Positions 1 to 12,339 of a stretch of DNA of 45,793 nucleotides are shown piece after piece. Where the stretch lies: positions 1 to 45,793 of the forward strand of contig NW_021834694.1 of assembly GCF_006345805.1 (NCBI RefSeq), read 5' to 3'. Numbering within the stretch: the stretch's first letter is position 1; each line of letters begins with the position of its first letter. The position numbers and the translations under genes were made by a program. Origin of the DNA: Octopus sinensis. Lineage: Eukaryota. The notes below the pieces were generated by a model. It ran no database searches. It was given only the letters and a program-made list of their open reading frames with translations, and was not told the DNA's origin.

Positions 1-56
1 GACAATTTATATGACACCGTTAGAAAAAAAAACTGCCGTTCAAACCGAAAAGATCC

Positions 57-93
<37 letters not shown>

Positions 94-456
94 GAGGTGT
101 ACATGTATGTACGTGTGCAAACGAATACAGATATGTTTGTTATGCATTATTCAGAATGTAATTTAAAAGCAATTTGACGTCAGGTCAAGAAATATGAGGG
201 TGAGTAAATGAAATATATGACAGGAGACAACTGATAATGTGCAAATTAGAAATTTGAAATGAAGCTGTGTATATATATATATGTGTGCATACAAACATAT
301 ATACTCATGAACGCAAGAGCATAGGCGTCACAAAAACACATACAGTATATGTGTATGTATATATATATATATTATATTATATATATATATGTACATAGAT
401 ATAACGAATATATTTCTTCATATGTACATACGCACCATATGCAAAACATATTATAA

Positions 457-510
<54 letters not shown>

Positions 511-586
511 ATATATATATTATATATATATATTTATATATAATATATATTATATTATACTTTATTTAAGCAGCAGAAAATTCAAC

Positions 587-631
587 AAAATCTGTTACTC
601 TGAGTTTTCGTTGCCGTTCATCAGACGTTTT
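587..631 (-). ncRNA. Mirror copy of the hammerhead motif (slightly degenerate)
   Basis: The reverse complement reads aaaacgt CTGATGA acggcaacg AAAAC tcaga GTA acagatttt. Confidence 0.5.
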
Positions 632-1253
632 GCTAGAATGGAACTTATATATCAATTCAATCTATACTCTTACAAACGCTACACCTTTAAAGAAATGACT
701 TGTTTGATTGCCCTTTGAAAAACGGTCAATCTTCGCGCATAAACAAAAAGGTCAAAAATATATGTATATATATATAAAAAAACTTATAAAATTATAAATC
801 CGAGGAAAAAACCTATTGCCGTTAATGAAGACAGTGCACTTATGCATAGAAATTAAACCTGTTATAAATAATGCAATACATATTTATATAAAATCTACAT
901 ATATATCAACATACACAAAAGGATGTTGATATATATATGTAGATTTTAATATAAATATTATATATATATATGTAGATTTTAATATAAATATTATTGCAGT
1001 ATTTATAACATGTTTAATTTCTATGCATTAATTTTCACTGTCTTCATTACCGGCAATAGGTTTTTCCTCGTTTTTTCCTCGATTTTATAATTTTTATAAG
1101 TTTTTTAATATATATAACATATATTTTGACCTTTTGTTTATCGCTCGAAGATTGACCGTTTTTTCTAAAGGGGCAATCAAAAGTCCATTTCTTTTTAAAG
1201 GTGTAGCGTTTGTAAGAGTATAGATTGAATTGATATATAATTCCATTCTAGCA

Positions 1254-1299
1254 AAAACTGTCTGATGACGGCAACGAGAAACTCAGAGTAACAGATTTT
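1254..1299 (+). ncRNA. Minimal type I hammerhead ribozyme motif
   Basis: aaaactgt CTGATGA cg-gcaa-cg a GAAAC tcaga GTA acagatttt. Stem I is ctgt/acag, the catalytic boxes are intact, stem III is the palindrome ACTC-A-GAGT, and the cleavage triplet is GUA. Confidence 0.65.
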
Positions 1300-1408
1300 G
1301 TTGAATTTTCTGCTGCTTAATAAAGTATATTAGATATATATATATATTATATATTATATATATATATATATAGATATATACAATAATATATATAGTATAT
1401 ATATATAC

Positions 1409-1481
<73 letters not shown>

Positions 1482-1486
<5 letters not shown>

Positions 1487-2271
1487 GAAAAGTCAGAAAA
1501 TGGCAAGTATGTCCCACATCAACTAAACGAGATTTAAAAAAAAAAAAACAGACGCCTCGAAGTGTGCTCCTTATTGCTTTCTCGACTGGAAAAATACCAT
1601 GTTTGCTTCAAATCATTATTCGTAATGAGAAATGGATACTCTTTGACAACAGCAGGAGAACAGGACAGTGATTAGATGCATGAGAGTCACCTAAACACTA
1701 CCCAAACCTAGCATTGCACTCTAAAATGTTATTGGTAACTGTATGGTAGTCTGCGAAGGGAGTTATTCATTATTCATTATTGTAGCAAGGGAAAACGGAA
1801 ACATCAGTATCGTATTGCCAGGAAATTGATTGTATGCATGAGAATTTGAAAAAGAAGCAACCCAGACTAGTGAATAGAGATGGCCCAATTTTGCTCCACG
1901 ACAATGCACGTCCTCACACTCCTTAAGCTACGATCCAAAAGTTGCAAAGCCTGAATTAGGAGAATTTGCAAAATTCTACCTACTCCCCTAATACCTCTCC
2001 TACTGATCATCACTTATTTAAGCATTTTGAGCATTTCATAAGCAATAAAACATTCTTAAATAGAGAAGAGGTAACTGAAGCATTTAGACAGTTTTATCAC
2101 AGCAAAAGATGAATTTTTTTTTAAAGATGGAATATATGACATAGAGAAACGTTGGATAAACATCATAAATGAACATGGATCATACTTTGATTAAATAAAT
2201 CAGTTCTCTAACACTTCTGAAACATCTTATAGTTACCTTTCAAATATGACATTTCGTGTGAAACAACCTAA
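1482..2271 (+). mobile_element. Decayed 5'-truncated mariner (DD34D) transposon
   Basis: Translates with stops and frameshifts to VPHQL, NEKWILFDN, GPILLHDNARPH (HDNARPH at 1897-1917), YSPNTSPTDHHLF and GSYFD* (stop ~2194). Right TIR-like end whose reverse complement is ttaggttgtttcacacgaaatgtc, followed by TA. Confidence 0.92.
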
Positions 2272-2385
2272 TATATATATGTATATATACATATATATAT
2301 ATTATTTTCTGTATATATATATATATTTATATACACATATATCAAGTGTGAGAAAAAGGGGAAAATATTTATGCATATATACATA

Positions 2386-3003
2386 CAGGGAACTGTACTG
2401 GGACCACTACTGTTTGTAGCGACTCTCTCAGACATGACTTCATTCGTACAGTCAGCCATTGTTACTCTTATGATACAAAAGTATCTCAGATGGTCAAGGA
2501 CCCTGATGACATAGTAAAACTGTAAAATTCAATATACAAATGGGTGGATGAAAATTACACTGCACTGTCGACCCACAAAAAGACTACAATTAGGATACAT
2601 AGGACCAGGGGGCAGTGCAATCCCAGAATTACAATCGGTGCACGACCTGGGAATCCACATGAGTAGTGATGCAACATTTTATGAGCACATTGCGAAGATG
2701 GCAACACTGTGCAAGCGAGTTGCTGGATGAATCCTTAGATTATTCAGAAACAGAAATAAGGATACCTTGCTACACATATGGAGGACATTTGTCCTCAGTT
2801 GTCTGGATTACTGCTCCTAGCTGTGGTCGCCGCAGAGCGTCAAATTAGTGGTGGAACTTGAGGCAATCCAGCGCCACTTCACAAAGATGAACTCGGTGAA
2901 CAGATGAGCTACAGGGAGAGGCTACAAGAACAGAAACTCTACTCCCTGGAGAGAAGACAAGAAAAGTATGCAGTGATATATATATATGGAAGATTATGGA
3001 AAA
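2386..3003 (+). mobile_element. Decayed CR1/L2(Jockey-group)-like LINE reverse transcriptase fragment
   Basis: QGTVLGPLLF at 2386, a DTK remnant, HDLGIHMSSDATFYEHI, LDYCS*LWSP, LEAIQRHFTK and LYSLERR; contains stops and frameshifts. Confidence 0.88.
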
Positions 3004-3026
3004 TTTGAAACTGACTTATTGGAAGT

Positions 3027-3069
3027 CCACCTGAAGATTGTCGATCAAGACAAGAAACAATTGTAGTGG
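3027..3069 (+). ncRNA. Minimal type I hammerhead ribozyme motif (canonical core)
   Basis: ccac CTGAAGA ttgtc-gatcaa-gacaa GAAAC aatt GTA gtgg. Stem I is ccac/gtgg, stem II has 5 bp, and the stem III region ACAATTGT is palindromic. Confidence 0.8.
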
Positions 3070-3151
3070 CGGTTTTTGACTATTTATTAAAATTTTATGT
3101 ATTGATTAAGTCTTTCCTTGTTGTTTTGCAAAATAGTGGTTTTGTCTCTAA

Positions 3152-3211
<60 letters not shown>

Positions 3212-3851
3212 GCCTAGAAATATATACACATATATGCTTGTGCGTGTATATATATATATATATATATACATATCTTCCATCTATCTCTTTATTTATTTAT
3301 CTATCTATCCATCTACACACACACACACACATATGCATACACATACATGCATATTCATAAATATATATACGTACGAACATACGCAGACATATATATTCTT
3401 CTGTGTATACAAGTATGTATGCATATATAAACAGGTATACACGCACACATGTACACACCCTAGACGCACACACACACACACGCACACACATATATATATA
3501 CAAAATGACTATAGCTTTCGGCTGACTGTCAGTTGATAATTCATTTCTCATAACAAATGAATAGAAGAGAATTGTTGCTTAATGAACAGGATATAATAGA
3601 GTAGATAAAAAGTACACAAAACATAATTTCTTTTTATTGCAATAGTAGCAGTAGTAGTGGTGGTGGTGGTGACGGTGGTGGCGGTGGTTGGGTTGCTGTT
3701 GTTGTTGCTGGTGGTGGCGGTGGTGGTGGGATTATTGTACGATGTTGTGTAACACTGGAAATCATTTGTCTTCCTGTAGCTGAAAAGTGTTCATCCTCGA
3801 GACAGAACATAAAATTTGGTAATAACGTATTAAAAGAATGATAAGGAATAT

Positions 3852-3889
<38 letters not shown>

Positions 3890-4022
3890 ACGTATATATG
3901 TATGTATATGTATTATATATATATATATATGTGTATGTGTCTATATATATGTGTAAATCAATATATATATATATAACATATATATACATAAATATATATA
4001 TATATATATATATAGACACTAT

Positions 4023-4028
4023 ATCTAC

Positions 4029-4098
<70 letters not shown>

Positions 4099-4155
4099 GT
4101 CTGACTGTCTGTCTTTCTGTCTATCTGTCTGGCTGTCTGTCTGCCTATCTGCCTG

Positions 4156-4227
<72 letters not shown>

Positions 4228-4335
4228 CCTGCCTACCTACTACCTACCTACCTACCTACCAACCTATCTGTCTTTCTGTCTGCCTGCCTCACGGCCTGTC
4301 TGTTTGCATGTCTATGTATCTATCTGTCTATCTAT
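4023..4335. repeat. Compound (TATC)n/(TGTC)n/(TACC)n microsatellite
   Basis: Directly visible. Confidence 0.95.
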
Positions 4336-5062
4336 CAACCTAATTATGTTGCTTTATACCACACTACTAGCTTTGTTATAACCCATAAGACATAGCAGCT
4401 GGTTGTGATAAAGCCGAAGAATCTGTATTTCAAACTAATTAGGTCTCATTCAATTTTGACAAAAAGTAAACGTTAGGATCGTTACAAACCTAAGGGAATT
4501 TTACACAGTAGTGTTTATAAACATTCGGGAAAACACAATAGTATCAGTTAGATCTCAATCTAAATATTGTCTAAGTATTTACAGTAACCTTATGTAGATA
4601 TGTATGTGTGTATATATAAATATGTATATGTATAAACAGATAGATATTTATGTATATACACATACACACATGTACATAAAGACCTAGGTACACTTATATA
4701 CATACGCATGTACACACATATATGCATACATATTTATATGCGTATGTGAATGTATTGCTGGTGTTATAAGAAACAGTAAACTCCAAGAGAACGCGAAGTA
4801 ATTCTTTTTTGGAACAGTAGATCTCGAAGCAGATGATATAAAGCGATAAATAATAGTATGTGAATATTAGGCAGGAAAAAAGTTTTTGGATAGCAAAATG
4901 TCGAAGGCTGCCTGTAAGACGCGAACCCACTTCTAACGGTTTTTAACCCAATATTTACACGCCATTATTCATAACTTTATCATTATCATCTACTTGAAGT
5001 CCACGGTTCCAAAAAAGAATTATATACATACACACAAACATATATACATATATCCATACAAG

Positions 5063-5104
<42 letters not shown>

Positions 5105-5112
5105 TATATATA

Positions 5113-5153
<41 letters not shown>

Positions 5154-5874
5154 CGAGAGAAAGAGAAAGAGAAAGAGAGAGAGAGAGAATTACATAACGC
5201 ATCATATACCATGAAAATGAATTAATTCCATATAAAGTATTCGTTTGATGTAAATATATTTCCTTATTAATAACTTTTCCCAATAAATGTTTTCATTTTA
5301 TATTTCAATATGCATTTATAATGTATATTTTAGTTTACTGATAAGCAGCGTAAGACCATTACATGAAGTGCAATGTAGTATTTACTCGTATGTCACTTGC
5401 TTGCATCCTGATTTCGAATCTCTCCGATCTTAGCTTTGTCTTTCCTCTTCTTAGAATCGATAAAATAAAATACCGTTCCTGAGAGGCCCGTGAGTTGCGG
5501 GATCTGTAGAGCGTCGGATGAGATTACTACCCGTATTTATTCTGTTTTCTTTTTAAATTTCTGTTCTGAGTTGAAATCCCTTCTTGTTCTTGGATGTTCT
5601 ATTTATATCTGGCATCACCTGATACTTGCATGCCTTTAGCAGAAGAGTCCACTATACTGTTTGCATTAGGATCAGTTTTCTGGTTTTAGAATATCTTCCT
5701 CCCTTCAGTCTTGGAAGCCTGGAAAGTATCAGGAGCTTCCATATCTGCCTAATCGCAAAAAAGTGATGCCCACAGAAACCAGAGTTACGACGCATGGGAG
5801 AATTTTGACTTAGTTGTATCTTGAATGGCATGCTCTGTTTACAGTATTACAGTAATATATGTGCATATACATAT

Positions 5875-6062
5875 ATGATTGATCGCTAGCCACTAAACCT
5901 TTTTTTTATTTTCTGTCTCTGCTTATTTTTGTGTTCCTTTCTGTTGAAGAGCGTAGGCTCGAAACGTAAAAGACTTTCTCACTTCACGAGCGTTAAACTA
6001 ATACACCTGTTTGTTGTTTACACACCCGTCTTCGTCTTTGAATGTTTTTTGTAAATTCCAAG
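5875..6062 (+). mobile_element. Short Penelope-like terminal unit with hammerhead-like motif (5937-5972)
   Basis: cttt CTGTTGA a gagc-gtag-gctc GAAAC GT A aaag. A second copy lies at ~6390-6517. Confidence 0.55.
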
Positions 6063-6084
6063 TATATATATATATATATACATA

Positions 6085-6314
6085 CAGAGTGCTCAAAACG
6101 TCTGTCCCCAGTGAATTCTTTTTTTCTCCGAGAAGTATTTCAAAACATGTGTGGAAGAGTCAACTTGTGTATTGAAAATGAAGGACGACACTCTCAACAG
6201 GTCTTATAAAGTTTTTAAAGTCTTGTAAAGTCTAATATATTCTTTTGTAGTCTTGTACCATCTTATAATTATTTTGCAATTAAATACTTACTGCGGAGAG
6301 ACTTTTTCGACACC

Positions 6315-6318
<4 letters not shown>
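6085..6318. mobile_element. Tc1/mariner-type MITE or deletion derivative
   Basis: Imperfect TIRs cagagtgctcaaaacgtctgtccccagt / actgcggagagactttttcgacaccctt, with TA flanks. The internal RVNLCIENEGRHSQQ resembles a transposase C-terminus. Confidence 0.6.
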
Positions 6319-6389
<71 letters not shown>

Positions 6390-6393
<4 letters not shown>

Positions 6394-6516
6394 TTTCTAT
6401 CGAAGAGCGTAGGCTCGAAGCGTAAAAAACTTTCTCACTTCCCGAGCGTTAAACTAATACGTCTGTTTGTTGTTTACATACCCATCTTCGTCTTTTTGTT
6501 CTTTTTTGTAAATTCT

Positions 6517-6517
<1 letters not shown>
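6390..6517 (+). mobile_element. Second, more degenerate copy of the 5875-6062 unit
   Basis: ctttctatcgaagagcgtaggctcgaagcgtaaaaaactttctcacttcccgagcgttaaactaatac... aligns to 5937-6058. Confidence 0.8.
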
Positions 6518-6574
<57 letters not shown>

Positions 6575-6789
6575 GATGGATTCTGATGCAGAGAATAACT
6601 TTTAAACTTTCAGTAACAAAATGTAAATTATTATTCATAAAAAATGCTGATATAGCTAAATGAGAATATAATTGAGAAAATATTGATAAAATATGGTAAT
6701 TTTGAAATAAATTGGTTACAATCAATGAATTCAAATTAAGTAAATTTCACTTAGAAGATTTCTTGCGATGCGAGAAATCACGATTGGTA

Positions 6790-7152
6790 TTTTCAAATCC
6801 TGCCGATGTCGACTTTACCTTTCAGCCTTTCGGGGTCAATAATTTAAGTACCAGTTTCGTACTGTGGTTGATCTAATCGACTGGTCCCCTCCCTCAAAAT
6901 TTCGGGCTCTGTGTCTACAGTTGACAAGATTATATTCATACTGAATGGTGGCGAGCCGGCAGAAACGTTAGCACTCCGGGCGAAATGTTTAGCGTCTGTC
7001 TTTACGTACTGAGTTCAAATTCTGCCGAGGTCGACTTTGTCTGTCATCCTTTCGTGGTCGATAAATTAAATACCAGTTACGTACTGGAGTCTATCTAATC
7101 AACTGGCCCTCTCTCCCAAAATTTCGGATGTTGTGCCTAGAGTAGAAAAGAA
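6790..7152 (+). mobile_element. Two tandem tRNA-derived SINEs with Meta/MESC-like core (partial 6790-6931; full 6947-7152)
   Basis: Head ggtggcgagccggcagaaacgttagc, B-box gagttcaaat, core gaggtcgactttg...catcctttcg..gtcgataaattaa.taccag, tail gtgcctagagtagaaaagaa. Confidence 0.88.
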
Positions 7153-7300
7153 CTCGTTTGGTATTTTAGCTCTCGTGTATTACTTTCCTCGTCTTACTGT
7201 TATGAAAAACAAATCTCCTTTCAACTGTAGCAGACAGGTTCGCTCCTGATAGAAAATATAGAGCTGGTTTTTACATTAGAGTGGATTATGTTCCTGTATT

Positions 7301-7615
7301 GTGGAGGCACATGGCCTAGTGGTTAAAGCAGCAGGCTCGTGGTCGAGGGATCGCGGGTTCGAATCTCAGAGAGGGCGATGTGTGAGTTTCGATGAAAGAA
7401 ACATCTAAGCTCCACACGGCTCCGGCAGAAGGTAATGGAGAACTTCTGTTGACTCTTTTGCCATAACTTTCTCTCACTCTTTCCTCCTGCATCTTGCAGC
7501 TCACATGCGACGGAACGGCATCCCGTCAAGGGTGGGGAACTTATACGCCAAGGAAACCGGGAAACCGGCCCTTATGAGCCAGGTGTGGCTCGAGAAGGAA
7601 CGAACAACAACAACA
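7301..7615 (+). mobile_element. Full-length tRNA-derived SINE with (CAA)n tail and 13-bp TSD
   Basis: A-box tggcctagtgg, B-box ggttcgaatc, tail aacaacaacaac. TSD ATGTTCCTGTATT at 7288-7300 and 7616-7628. Confidence 0.92.
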
Positions 7616-9072
7616 ATGTTCCTGTATTACAATCTTGTTTCTTTCTCGAAACTGTGAACCCTATGAAAACACACATTACGCGAAACTTGGGGATTAAGTG
7701 TTTAGTATTCCGAAAATCATGGGTTAGGTTCAAGTCTCCTCAATATTTTCTTTAGTCCTTTCTTCGCGTTTTAGCGCAGTGTGGCATTGGGACATATCTA
7801 TTGGTATTTGGAAGCTGATTATAAAGAAATATTTTGAGTTTCTCGAATCATCCATACCATTTTTACACGTAACGAAATTTTCAACGTTACTTTTATTGTA
7901 TTTCTCACCCCACGGAATCTTATATATTGTGCACAAGGATCTCATATGAATCACATCGAGTGATATGAATCACATCCCGTATAATGTCTACGTTTCCTAC
8001 CCATATAATTATGTTAGGAAAATTTACTGCAAGACAAACTATAGTCGTTGTTTTAAGGGAAGACAAATTTGTTTAAGACGTGCCGGTATAGATCTCCGAA
8101 ATAAGCGCCATCATTTAGAAGGCGCAATGCTATTTGGTTATGATCTCTAGCTGATGAGGTCAGCAGAGAGTTGAGGTAACGTATTAGAGTGATTGTTTTC
8201 CATTTGGTTTTCATTGATTTTTATGATAAGACTTGTCAGTAGAGCATTTGTGTTTGACTAATGCACCATTTAGGTTTTTGTATTACTAATTTTACGTCAA
8301 TGACTTCGAAAGTCTATTTTCAAGATTTTTATTCTCTTCTAAAACTGACAAGCGAATGCTCAATAATCTGTGAGGAGAGATAAATTTCAAATATTCAGGG
8401 TCTAGCCCGACCGAGGTTAACCTTGCTTTCTTTATTCTGGGACAAATACAATAAAGTTCTTGTCGAGAATTCTTGGTCGGTTGACTGCCAGACGTTTTAA
8501 AGCTTCAGACTGAATGCCTATCGCTTTTTGTTCCGATTCTTTGATTTCAGAGTTCAAATCCAGCAGAAGCCCAATTCAGTGGTACACTCATTTCATTTCC
8601 TAGTTTCACACAACCTTTAGGGACTTAAGTGGCATCCACCCTGTCTGCAAGTAATCCGCTTGGCTGTGATCATTCGGATGTTAAGCCGTGACGTATTTTT
8701 ATTAAACAAATCAATCGTATTATATAAATTTTTACAAATCTGGCACTTATCAACCACTATTTTTCGATCTGCTAAATTCCACAACTGAAGAGGAACAGAA
8801 TTTGTAAGCAGAGCCAACATAGTGATAAACAAAAATACGTCCACACACACATACATACACACACACACAAAGCATTGTTATTATTCAAAATAGCTTGATT
8901 CGGTTCGATGCCACTTAAAGTCTTCAAGGCTTCTTACAAAAGACACAACTCGTCGACCTCGGTTAACTTCAGTAGGAAGCCTAGCCGGAACTAAACTCTC
9001 TTGAATAATAATACTCCTACCAAATCTATTGAAAGCCTCTTTCTTTCATTTAACCATTCACCCGTATATGTA

Positions 9073-9173
<101 letters not shown>

Positions 9174-9214
9174 ATGATGTATAATATACATCTATCTATA
9201 AGCAAACAAACGCT

Positions 9215-9250
<36 letters not shown>

Positions 9251-9527
9251 AAAAAGGGTGGAATATAATTAATTTAATAAAATTAATAAATTTCACCCAG
9301 TAGATTTATCGGTATGGAAAAGACCATAATTGGTAAGGATTGTAATAATTATAATTAAGGGTTAATTGCAACAAGTTGCTCAAAACCACATACCGAAAAT
9401 ATTAGAAATAGCAGCCAAATTGATCACTATTTCTCCTACTAATAAAAAGTCTCCACAAACAAACAAAATTTGTAACCTGTATATGGCAAAAAAGGAAGAA
9501 AATAACAAAATCCCAGCCTATGGATTA

Positions 9528-9585
9528 ATTATAGACGAATCGTTTCTGGATTAGAACCGAAGGCTCATTTCCTTGTCAATATAAT
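9528..9585 (-). ncRNA. Degenerate hammerhead ribozyme motif within a ~370-bp unit (9248-9620)
   Basis: The reverse complement reads attata TTGACAA gga-aat-gagcc-ttc-ggttc-taa-tcc a GAAAC gattc GTC tataat. Stem I has 6 bp, and the first core box is two transitions from CTGACGA. Confidence 0.55.
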
Positions 9586-10250
9586 ATTTCCTATAAATCT
9601 AGAAATGCTAGGGGAAAAACTATAGATAGATAGATAGATATTTTATGTATAATATATATCTATCTATAAACAAATACTTCCATAAATGTATATATATATA
9701 TATATATGTATATATATGTGTATATATATGTATGTATATACATATGTATATATACGCATATACGCACACATATACATAAGCACGCGTCTGTACGTATATA
9801 TATATATATATATACATATAATTTTATATATTCAAAAATGCAAACACTGATTCATACATATATACACAAATACACGCATACATATATATGCTTATCTCAT
9901 AACACTAATTAAGTGTTATGTATATACCGTATGATGTCTTATAATGTTAATATAATTTCTATTTATACAATATTCAACAATGAATTCTTCACTCTTATAT
10001 CGTTATTTTAATGGCTAAAATTAAAAAAATTAATAACCAGGACTGTAACATAGCAAAACTTATTCATACATTATGAGAATAATGATAATAAAAATATCGA
10101 CAGTCGTTTGTAATGTCACCTCCTCTGGGTTTAGTCTCCATTAATTAAAGATTCTTTGTTCGTCACGTTACATGAATCAGCTGCCATTTAACTTATGTTA
10201 GCTACCGTTTATTGCTTGATTTAACTAATATACTATACTACCAAACGAAG

Positions 10251-10308
<58 letters not shown>

Positions 10309-10309
<1 letters not shown>

Positions 10310-11170
10310 GATGGTCAATTAATCAATCATCAATACTGATCCTCATGTCTTCTGGCTTAAAATCAGAGACAGAAAGTTTTATCATAGCAGCCCAAGATAA
10401 ATACCTACCCACAAAAAGCGACCGGGCTAACGTCTTAAAGAACGGTAGTAGCCCAACATCTCATGTATGTAAAGCGCAAAATGAAACCATTGATCATGTT
10501 GTATCCATGTACAGTCTTCTTGCGCCTACAAAGTATCTTAAGAGGCATGACAGAGAAGCACTGTATATTCACTGGGTAATTCGCAAAAAACTTGGACCTG
10601 CCCCATGAAAAAAACTGAAGGAAACACAATCAACGGCCAGTGCTTAAAATTGACCCCATCTCACTCCTTTGGAACTTCACCGTTCAAACTGACTGAAAGA
10701 TAGATACAAATAAGCCGGAAATTATATTGAAGGGATTTCAGACAAAAACCATATATCTTCTTCGATATGAGTGCCCCAATCGACATAAATGTATCTGTCA
10801 AGACCTACCAAAAACTGAGCAAGCATAGAGAAATTAAATAAATAGTGCTCATGAGAACTGCTCATATCCTACGTTAAGTATTGTCTATGTAATCCCCAAC
10901 ATATTTTAATCTGTTAACAGTGTCAAAATATTTTTAGATGTACATAATAGCAAACACCTTTCATTGTCATCTTAACATCAGACTATCATCTTATCATCAA
11001 ATTACTTTTGAAACAAACTTTCTAGAACAATACTCTCCGCAGAAACAAAAATATGGCACCCTAGTCGTAACACTAATATGAACTCCTAACTTGTTGTCTC
11101 TTGAGGTCTCTGGGAGGAACTTGGAGTCAACTTGTACAAATACAAAGCAAAAGCCAAACATAAGCCAAAA
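10309..11170 (+). mobile_element. Decayed R4/Dong-like RLE non-LTR retrotransposon 3' portion
   Basis: ETESFIIAAQD, a degenerate CCHC knuckle (CKAQNETIDHVVS), YLKRHD, LLWNFTVQTD and an NKPEII endonuclease remnant. Flanked on both sides by (AAT)n. Confidence 0.85.
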
Positions 11171-11189
11171 TAATAATGATAATAATAAT

Positions 11190-11400
11190 GGTTTCAAATT
11201 TTGGTACAAGGCCAGCTATTTCAGAGAAGGGTTAAGTCGATTACATCGACCCCAGGGTTCAACTGGTACTTATTTTATCCACCCCGAAAAGATGGAAAGC
11301 AAAATCGACCTCAGCGAAATTTGAACTCAGAGCATAAAGAAGGATGAATACCGCTAAGCATTTTGCCCGACGTGCTAACGATTCTGCACGCGCGCCGGCT
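11190..11400 (-). mobile_element. Meta/MESC-like SINE (diverged)
   Basis: Reverse complement of the 6947-7152 family (actggtacttattttatc...aaagcaaaatcgacctcagcgaaatttgaactc). Confidence 0.82.
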
Positions 11401-11401
11401 T

Positions 11402-11448
<47 letters not shown>

Positions 11449-11527
11449 TTAATAATAATAATAATGATAATAATAATAATAATAATGATAGTTTCAATTT
11501 TGCCGATTTTCATAATAATAATAATAA

Positions 11528-11742
11528 TCCTTTCAACTATAGGCACAAGGCCTGAAATTTCGGAGGAGGAGTCCAGTTGATTAGATCGATCCCAGTACTC
11601 AACTGGTACTTAATTTATCGGCTCTGAAAGGCTGAAAGGCAAAGTCAACCTCGGTGGAATTCGAACTCAGAACGTAGCCACAGGCGAAATAATGCTAAGC
11701 ATTTCGTCCAGCGTGCTAACGATTCTGTTAGCTCGCCGCCTT
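11528..11742 (-). mobile_element. Meta/MESC-like SINE
   Basis: aggcacaaggcctgaaatttc...actggtacttaatttatcg...gaactcagaacgt...gctcgccgcc. Confidence 0.88.
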
Positions 11743-11912
11743 TAATAATGATAATAATAATAAATGCCCTGATGCAACACCAAGCAGAGGCACTCATGGC
11801 TTATGAGCTTAACTGATTGGAAGAGCTTTTATGTACATATTTTGTCTTGGTATAAAAGATTTGCTGCAGCAAATATTCTGCTCAATATCACAAATTTGCT
11901 TGTCAATCGTTT

Positions 11913-12124
11913 GATCACCCTCCCTATTCTTCTAATTTGGCCCTCTCTGATAATTGCTTGACCCCCAACATGAAAAAAACACTTGGCTGCGAACCAGTAA
12001 CGTAGTGAAGATGAAGCAGTGTAACACCGATGGAAGTGTGTGGACTGCAAGGGGGACTATGTTGAAAACTAAACCTCATGAGAAAATCTTGGTCAGCCTT
12101 TGAACTTTCCAGCCGAGCCTTGTA
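11913..12124 (+). mobile_element. Mariner 3' fragment with right TIR
   Basis: DHPPYSSNLALSD motif and KGDYVEN*, ending tgaactttccagccgagccttgTA. Confidence 0.7.
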
Positions 12125-12339
12125 CTTCTACGATCAACATGCATATAGTAAAGGATTATTGCAACAAGCCTAAAAGTTTCGTATAATTGATTTCACAAAC
12201 AAATATTCATCATTGAATTTGAAATATTGAAAACTTAAACCGGATTTGAACGTCAGAAAGTTACATGGTTGTATCTATTAGGTACACTTGAACCCGTGCC
12301 TTTACTGTCGTTCTGCTACATTCTATAATCTTCACTCAA

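Larger units (their letters stand above)
556..1329. repeat. Large imperfect inverted repeat (arms ~556-912 and ~923-1329) of a Penelope-like terminal unit
   Basis: The left arm (atactttatttaagcagcagaaaattcaacaaaatctgttactctgag...) is the reverse complement of the right arm (...ctcagagtaacagattttgttgaattttctgctgcttaataaagtat). Centre is tcaacat-acacaaaagg-atgttga. Flanked by (TA)n on both sides. Confidence 0.9.

Noticed and set aside
7303-7375. tRNA gene
   Set aside because: The A/B boxes belong to a SINE head with a tail and TSD; no complete cloverleaf.
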